64,000 nt of DNA from an uncultured Gammaproteobacteria bacterium. Its GTDB lineage: Bacteria; Pseudomonadota; Gammaproteobacteria; UBA9214. The position numbers were made by a program, and so were the translations under genes. The stretch is from NCBI GenBank assembly GCA_963773065.1, contig CAVYZN010000032.1, positions 192,001 to 256,000 of the forward strand. The letters are read 5' to 3'. The notes beneath the pieces were generated by a model. That model saw only the letters and a program-made list of their open reading frames with translations, was not told the origin of the DNA and ran no database searches. Below, in pieces: positions 57,905 to 64,000 of this stretch. How positions within the stretch are numbered: the stretch's first letter is position 1; the number at the start of each line of letters is the position of its first letter.

Positions 57905-58706
57905 ATGACACTTTACACGCAATCACGCGGCGACGGACCCGAGCTGGTGCTGATCCATGGTTGGGGGCTGCACGGCGGTATCTGGGACACGCTGGCGCCT
58001 TTGCTGGAACCGTCGTTCCGGGTGACCCGCGTGGATCTGCCGGGCCATGGACGCAGCGCCTGGCATGACTCTGATGGTCTGGCGGGCATGACGCGGGCGG
58101 TGCTGGACAGCGTGCCGGAACGGGCGGCCTGGATCGGCTGGTCGCTGGGCGGGCTGGTCGCCGCCCGGGCGGCGCTCATCTCGGCCGGCGCGCATCGAGC
58201 GGCTGGTGCTGATCGCCGCGACGCCGAGTTTCGTCTGCCGGCCGGACTGGCCGGCGGCCATGCCGCCCGCCCTGCTGGAGGTCTTCGCCGCGGACTTGCG
58301 GCACGATTACCTGCGCACGCTGCACCGCTTCCTCGCCCTGCAGGTGCGCGGCAGTGATGACGCGGGTGCCGTGCTGCGGGAACTGCGCGCCCGGTTGCTG
58401 GAGCATGGGCCGCCGGCGCCGGCAGCCCTGCTCGCCGGCCTGGATATCCTGCGCACCACGGACCTGCGCGACCGGTTAGCCGCTATTGCCTGCCCCGTGC
58501 TGTTTCTCATGGGCGCGCTCGACACCCTGGCGCCGGCGGCGGCGGCGCGGCAGGCGGCTCGCCTCCTGCCGGATGCCCGGGTGGAGGTAATCGCCGGCGC
58601 CGGTCATGCGCCGTTTCTGGCCCGCCCGGCATTGGTGGCCGGTGTGATCAGTGATTTTCTGCAGCCGATGCAGGCGCATCAGGCGGGTGAGATCCATGCC
58701 GGATGA
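57905..58706 (+). CDS. bioH: Pimeloyl-ACP methyl ester esterase (frameshifted)
   Basis: LIHGWG, DLPGHG, GWSLGG, GHAPF. Confidence 0.92.
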
Positions 58707-59587
58707 GGGCGCCGCCTTCCGGGTGGACAAGCGCCAGGCGCGGCTCGCCTTCGAGCGGGCGGCGCAAACCTACGATGACGCGGCGGCGCTGCAACGGGAG
58801 ATCGGACGGCGCCTGATCGAACGCCTGGACCTGATACGACTGCGGCCCGCACGTATCCTCGACCTCGGCGCCGGGACCGGCGAATTCAGCCGGGCGCTCC
58901 TGCGGCGTTACCGCAAGGCCGACGTCATCGCCCTGGATCTGGCGCTGAACATGCTGCGCCACACGCGCCGCCGCGGCGGCTGGTTCCGCCGCCCGGGCTG
59001 CGTCTGCGGCGACGCCGAACGGCTGCCCTTCGCCGCCGACAGTTTCGACTTCATCTTCTCCAACCTGATGCTGCAGTGGTGTCTGGACCTCGAGCCCGTG
59101 TTCACGGAACTTCACCGGGTGCTCTCGCCGGGCGGCTTGCTGATGTTCACCACCTTCGGTCCCGACACCCTGAAGGAATTGCGCGCGAGCTGGCAGGCCG
59201 TGGACGGCTATACCCATGTCAACACGCTTCATCGACATGCATGACATCGGCGATGCCCTGGTGCGCACCCGCTGGGCGGAACCGGTCATGGACGCGGAAT
59301 GGATCACCGTGACCTATCGCGAGGCCCGCACCCTGATGCAGGACCTCAAGCACCTGGGCGCACACAATGTCACGGCCGGCCGGCCGCGCGGCCTGACCGG
59401 CAGGCAGCGTCTGCAACGGGTGCTGCAGGCCTACGAAACCCACCGCCGCGACGGGCTCCTGCCGGCCAGCTACGAGGTGGTCTACGGGCATGCCTGGTCA
59501 CCGGTCAACAAGCACGCCGCCACCGGCGGGATCGAGGTGGCGCTGAGCGGACCGCGCGCTCCCGGTCGAAGCGGTTACGATGGCTAG
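58696..59587 (+). CDS. bioC: Malonyl-ACP O-methyltransferase (frameshifted)
   Basis: YDDAAALQRE, LDLGAGTG, FSNLMLQW, DMHDIGDAL. Confidence 0.92.
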
Positions 59588-60269
59588 CCCCCCCGCCGGC
59601 TATTTCGTCACCGGGACGGACACCGGCGTGGGCAAGACCGTCGTCACGCTCGGTCTGATGCGGCGGCTGCAGGACCGGGGCCATCGGGTCGCCGCCATGA
59701 AGCCGGTGGCCTCGGGCTGTGTGCGCACGGCGCGGGGATTGCGCCATGCCGATGCCCTGCTGTTGCAACGGCAGGCGAGCCTGCCGCTGGCGTACCACGA
59801 GGTCAATCCCTATGCCTTCGAGCCGGCCGTTGCACCGCATCTGGCCGCGGCGCAGGCGGGCATACGGATCGAGCTTGCCACTATCAAGACGGGCTTCGAG
59901 CGGCTTGCGGCCCGGGCGGATCGGGTCTGCGTGGAGGGGATCGGGGGCTGGCTGGTCCCGCTGAACGAGACGCATACCGTGGCCGACCTGGCGGCGGAGC
60001 TGGGGCTGGGAATCATCCTGGTGGTGGGGATACGCCTGGGCTGCCTGAATCACGCCCTGCTGACGCAAGCGGCCGTCCAAAGCGCGGGGCTCGACCTCGC
60101 CGGCTGGATTGCCAATCAGCCGCCGCCCGGTTGCGAGCGGGCCGGCGAAATCATCGATACTCTGAAATCCAGACTTGCCGCGCCGCTGCTGGGCAGTGTT
60201 CCGGTCCTGCCCGGGTGTTCCGCCGCGGCCGTGGCCGCGTGTCTTGAACTCGATGGATGGCTGCCCTGA
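59580..60269 (+). CDS. bioD: Dethiobiotin synthase
   Basis: TGTDTGVGKT, KPVASG, EGIGG, LGCLNHALLT. Confidence 0.95.
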   Translation: MASPPAGYFVTGTDTGVGKTVVTLGLMRRLQDRGHRVAAMKPVASGCVRTARGLRHADALLLQRQASLPLAYHEVNPYAFEPAVAPHLAAAQAGIRIELATIKTGFERLAARADRVCVEGIGGWLVPLNETHTVADLAAELGLGIILVVGIRLGCLNHALLTQAAVQSAGLDLAGWIANQPPPGCERAGEIIDTLKSRLAAPLLGSVPVLPGCSAAAVAACLELDGWLP

Positions 60270-60456
60270 CCGATGCACCAGATCGTTGTGTCCGCGGAAA
60301 TTCTCATTTAAAATCCCGGCACTTTTGACTGGCATATCCGGCCGATGTCCGGCCCGGCGCCGTGGCCACGCGGCAGTTGCGAGCCTCCCGTTCATGCAGT
60401 AGGATGCCCGGTCTGTTTACAGGGCGGTCCGGTCGCATCCGGTACTAGATAAATCC

Positions 60457-60960
60457 GTGGTTGAATTGGTATGTGGTCCGGCAGGTTCGGATTGTCGCTG
60501 GATCATCCGTCCGAACCAGTCCCTGTCCTGGCGCGGCGTGCTGAGGGTTTACGCGGTGGTCGCCTTGTGCCTGCTGGGCATCTCCGTGGCGTTCGCCCTG
60601 CATGGCTTGTGGCCGGTACTGCCCTTTGCCGGTCTCGAGCTGATTGCGCTGGGAGCGGCGTTCTACCTGTGCTTCTTGCGCAGCCAGTGGCGTGAAATCG
60701 TCTCGATAGACGCAGACATCGTCAAGGTGGAGAAGGGACGGCGGCAGGCTGAGGAACGCTGGGAATGCCCGAGTGTCTGGGCCCGGGTGCAGCTCGAGAG
60801 GTCGCCCCTAGCCTGGTATCCGAGCCGTCTGATAATTGCCTATCAGGGGCGTCGGGTGGAGATCGGCGGGTTTCTGAGCGAGGACGAGCGTGTCGTGCTG
60901 GCGGATGCGCTGAGACGGGGTATCCGGGACCGGCTGGCAGCGGCGTGGCGTCAGCAATAG
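60457..60960 (+). CDS. DUF2244 membrane protein
   Basis: PNQSLS, WPVLPFAGLE, EIGGFL; typical upstream of cox operons. Confidence 0.85.
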   Translation: MVELVCGPAGSDCRWIIRPNQSLSWRGVLRVYAVVALCLLGISVAFALHGLWPVLPFAGLELIALGAAFYLCFLRSQWREIVSIDADIVKVEKGRRQAEERWECPSVWARVQLERSPLAWYPSRLIIAYQGRRVEIGGFLSEDERVVLADALRRGIRDRLAAAWRQQ

Positions 60961-60995
60961 TTTTTTAAAATCAAAATCGTTAGGGAGATTGATGC

Positions 60996-62128
60996 ATGTT
61001 TGCCAAGAAGCTACGACTTGCCCTGTGCGGCCTGTGGGGGGTAGTCATCCTGCTCGGCGCAGGCAATACCTTTGCAGGATTTGAGCAACTGAACCTCACA
61101 CCCGGCGCCACGGATATCAGCCACAAGGTCTATGACCTGCACATGCTGATCTTCAAAATCTGTGTCGTAATCTGCGTCGGCGTTTTCGCCGTTCTGATTT
61201 ATTCCATCATCAATCACCGCAAATCCAAGGGCGCCAAACCGGCCAGCTTCCATGAAAGCACCACGGTTGAAATCATCTGGACCACCATTCCCTTCCTGAT
61301 CCTGGTGGGCATGGCGATACCGGCGACCAAGACGCTGCTGGCGCTGGAAGACACCCGCGACTCCGACATGTCCATCAAGGTCACCGGCTACCAGTGGAAA
61401 TGGAAATACGATTACCTCGACGATGACATCAGCTTCTTCAGCTCCCTGACTACCCCGCGCGAGCAGATCGAGAACAAGCAGGCGAAAAGGGGGAAAACTA
61501 CCTGGTCGAGGTGGACAACCCGATCGTGGTGCCGATCAACAAGAAAATCCGCTTCCTGATCACCTCCAACGATGTGATCCATTCCTGGTGGGTGCCGGCG
61601 CTTGGCTGGAAGCAGGATGCCGTGCCCGGGTTCATCAACGATGCCTGGACCGAACTGAAGGAGCCGGGCATCTACCGTGGCAGGTGCGCGGAGCTGTGCG
61701 GCAAGGACCACGGCTTCATGCCGATCGTGCTGGTCGCCAAGACGCAAGAGGATTACCAGGCCTGGGTCAAGGACCAGAAGGCCGGCGCGGCCGCGGCCGC
61801 GGCCGCTTCCACCCAGACGCTGACCAAGGAGGAACTGATGGCGAAGGGCGAGAAGGTCTACGACACCATCTGCGCCGCCTGCCACCAGGCCGGTGGTGTG
61901 GGTATCCCGGGCGTGTTCCCCGCGCTGGCGGGCAGCAAGATCGCCACCGGCGACCGGGCCGCCCACCTGAACATCGTGCTGCACGGCAAGACCGGTACCG
62001 CGATGCAGGCCTTCGGTGAACAGCTCAATGCGGTGGATCTCGCCTCGGTCATCACCTTCGAGCGCAACTCCTTCGGCAACCATACCGGTGACGTGGTTCA
62101 GCCGTCCGATATCGCGGCGGCCAAGTAA
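60996..62128 (+). CDS. coxB: Cytochrome c oxidase subunit II with fused cytochrome c (frameshift near 61495)
   Basis: DVIHSWW, CAELCGKDHGFMP CuA motif, CAACH. Confidence 0.93.
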
Positions 62129-62161
62129 GCAATTCAGGAATTCAAGTGGAGGTATGACTAT

Positions 62162-63736
62162 ATGAGTACGGCAACCGCGCACACTGCGCATCACGATCAT
62201 CCGACCGGCCTGAAGCGCTGGCTGTTCACCACCAACCACAAGGACATCGGCACCCTCTACCTGTGGTTCTCCTTCACCATGCTGCTGATCGGCGGCGCCA
62301 TGGCGATGGTGATCCGCGCCGAGCTGTTCCAGCCTGGACTGCAGCTCGTCGACCCGCATTTCTTCAACACCATGACTACCATGCACGGCCTGATCATGGT
62401 GTTCGGCGCCATCATGCCGGGCATGGTGGGTCTCGCCAACTGGCAGATCCCGATGATGATCGGCGCCCCCGACATGGCGCTGCCGCGCATGAACAACTGG
62501 AGCTTCTGGATTCTGCCGTTCGCCGGCACTCTGCTGCTCAGCACCCTGTTCATGGAAGGCGGCGGCCCGGCCTTCGGCTGGACCTTCTACGCGCCGCTGT
62601 CCACGACCTTCGCGCCGGACAGCACCGATTTCTTTATCTTCTCGGTGCACATGCTGGGCTTCTCCTCGATCATGGGCGCCATCAACATCATCGCCACGGT
62701 GCTCAACATGCGCGCCCCCGGCATGACCCTGATGAAGATGCCGCTGTTCGTCTGGACCTGGTTCATCACCGCCTTTCTGCTGATCGCCGTGATGCCGGTG
62801 CTGGCGGGCGCGGTGACCATGATGCTGACCGACCGCCACTTCGGCACCAGCTTCTTCAGCGCCGCCGGCGGCGGCGACCCGGTGCTGTTCCAGCACGTGT
62901 TCTGGTTCTTCGGCCATCCCGAGGTCTACATCATGATCCTGCCGGCCTTCGGCGTGATCTCGCAGATCATCCCGACCTTCGCCCGCAAGAAGCTGTTCGG
63001 CTACAGCTCCATGGTGTATGCGACGGCCTCCATCGCCTTCCTGTCTTTCATCGTTTGGGGCCACCACATGTTCACCACCGGCATGCCGGTCGCCGGCGAG
63101 CTGTACTTCATGTACGCCACCGTCATGATCGCGGTGCCGACGGCGGTGAAGGTGTTCAACTGGACGGCCACCATGTGGCGCGGCTCCATGACCTTCGAGA
63201 CGCCGATGCTGTGGGCCATCGCTTTCGTGTTTCTGTTCACCATCGGCGGTTTCACCGGCCTGATGATGGGCGTGGCCCCGGCCGATATGCAGTACCAGGA
63301 CACCTATTTCATCGTGGCCCACTTCCACTACGTGCTGGTGACCGGCGCGCTGTTCGGGATCATCGCCGCCGTGTACTACTGGCTGCCCAAGTGGACCGGG
63401 CACATGTACGACGAGCGCCTCGGCAAGATCCACTTCTGGTGGTCGGCGATTTCCGTGAACGTGCTGTTCTTCCCGCAGCACTTCCTGGGTCTGGCCGGCA
63501 TGCCGCGCCGCATCCCGGACTACGCGCTGCAGTTCGCCGACTGGAACATGGTCTCCAGCCTCGGCGGCTTTGCCTTCGGTCTGGCCCAGCTCTTCTTCCT
63601 GTTCATCGTCATCAAGACCATCCGGGGCGGCCAGCAGGCCACCGCCCAGGTCTGGGAAGGTGCGGAAGGCCTGGAATGGACCCTCCCCTCGCCGGCGCCG
63701 TATCACACGTTTGAAACGGCGCCCGAGGTCAAGTAG
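62162..63736 (+). CDS. coxA: Cytochrome c oxidase subunit I
   Basis: NHKDIG, GHPEVY, WGHHMF, AHFHYV. Confidence 0.97.
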   Translation: MSTATAHTAHHDHPTGLKRWLFTTNHKDIGTLYLWFSFTMLLIGGAMAMVIRAELFQPGLQLVDPHFFNTMTTMHGLIMVFGAIMPGMVGLANWQIPMMIGAPDMALPRMNNWSFWILPFAGTLLLSTLFMEGGGPAFGWTFYAPLSTTFAPDSTDFFIFSVHMLGFSSIMGAINIIATVLNMRAPGMTLMKMPLFVWTWFITAFLLIAVMPVLAGAVTMMLTDRHFGTSFFSAAGGGDPVLFQHVFWFFGHPEVYIMILPAFGVISQIIPTFARKKLFGYSSMVYATASIAFLSFIVWGHHMFTTGMPVAGELYFMYATVMIAVPTAVKVFNWTATMWRGSMTFETPMLWAIAFVFLFTIGGFTGLMMGVAPADMQYQDTYFIVAHFHYVLVTGALFGIIAAVYYWLPKWTGHMYDERLGKIHFWWSAISVNVLFFPQHFLGLAGMPRRIPDYALQFADWNMVSSLGGFAFGLAQLFFLFIVIKTIRGGQQATAQVWEGAEGLEWTLPSPAPYHTFETAPEVK

Positions 63737-63908
63737 CCGTTAACTAAACCGGGTTGCGCGACGCGCAACCCGGATGGATGGATGCCATGATGACAAAAAC
63801 ACCTGAACAGTCGCGACCGGGTACGGCCCGCAAGGTGCTGGTCGTGGTTGCGCTGTTTGCGATCGCGATCGCGTTTTACGTCGCCAGCTTCCTGATCGGT
63901 CACTGACG

Positions 63909-64000
63909 ATGGACGCCTCGCAGCGCTCGCGCGCCAACCGACGCGTCGTCACCCGGCTGGCCGTGGTGGTCCTGGCCATGTTCGGCTTCGGGTTTGCCCT
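63909..64000 (+). CDS. ctaG: Cytochrome c oxidase assembly protein Cox11/CtaG (partial)
   Basis: NRRVVTRLAVVVLAMFGFGFA; position in cox operon. Confidence 0.7.
   Translation, partial: MDASQRSRANRRVVTRLAVVVLAMFGFGFA

Noticed and set aside
61412-63706. Long antisense or overlapping ORFs (e.g. 764 aa opposite coxA/coxB)
   Set aside because: Typical shadow ORFs of high-GC codon usage opposite well-identified genes.

Overview
GC-rich chromosomal window, probably gammaproteobacterial (nqr, pnt, gmk-rpoZ-spoT-recG, ubiCA, bioBFHCD, cox genes). Many 1-bp frameshifts in core genes point to an unpolished long-read assembly. Bases 1-11 kb are an integron-type cassette array: about 8 attC sites, TA cassettes, an IS630, an attC-targeting IS110/IS1111, and no integrase in view. 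A Cyc2-like cytochrome-porin and housekeeping operons follow. The standout is a ~2.85 kb tract inside the biotin operon (54.68-57.54 kb) almost devoid of C on the + strand: by hand count 13 C in ~2,630 nt, 11 of them in CpG, and none over ~1.5 kb. Reverting T to C decodes it into two transposons, an IS701/IS4-like element on + and an ISL3 on -, both destroyed by same-strand C>T with some A>T and G>T, meeting at a 40-nt T run. The tract is bounded by a 28-bp inverted repeat pair from a repeat family found elsewhere in the window, and by a 273-bp, ~95% identical duplication of the bioF 3' end. This suggests a repeat-delimited, strand-specific hypermutation process, but a sequencing or library artefact must be excluded first.
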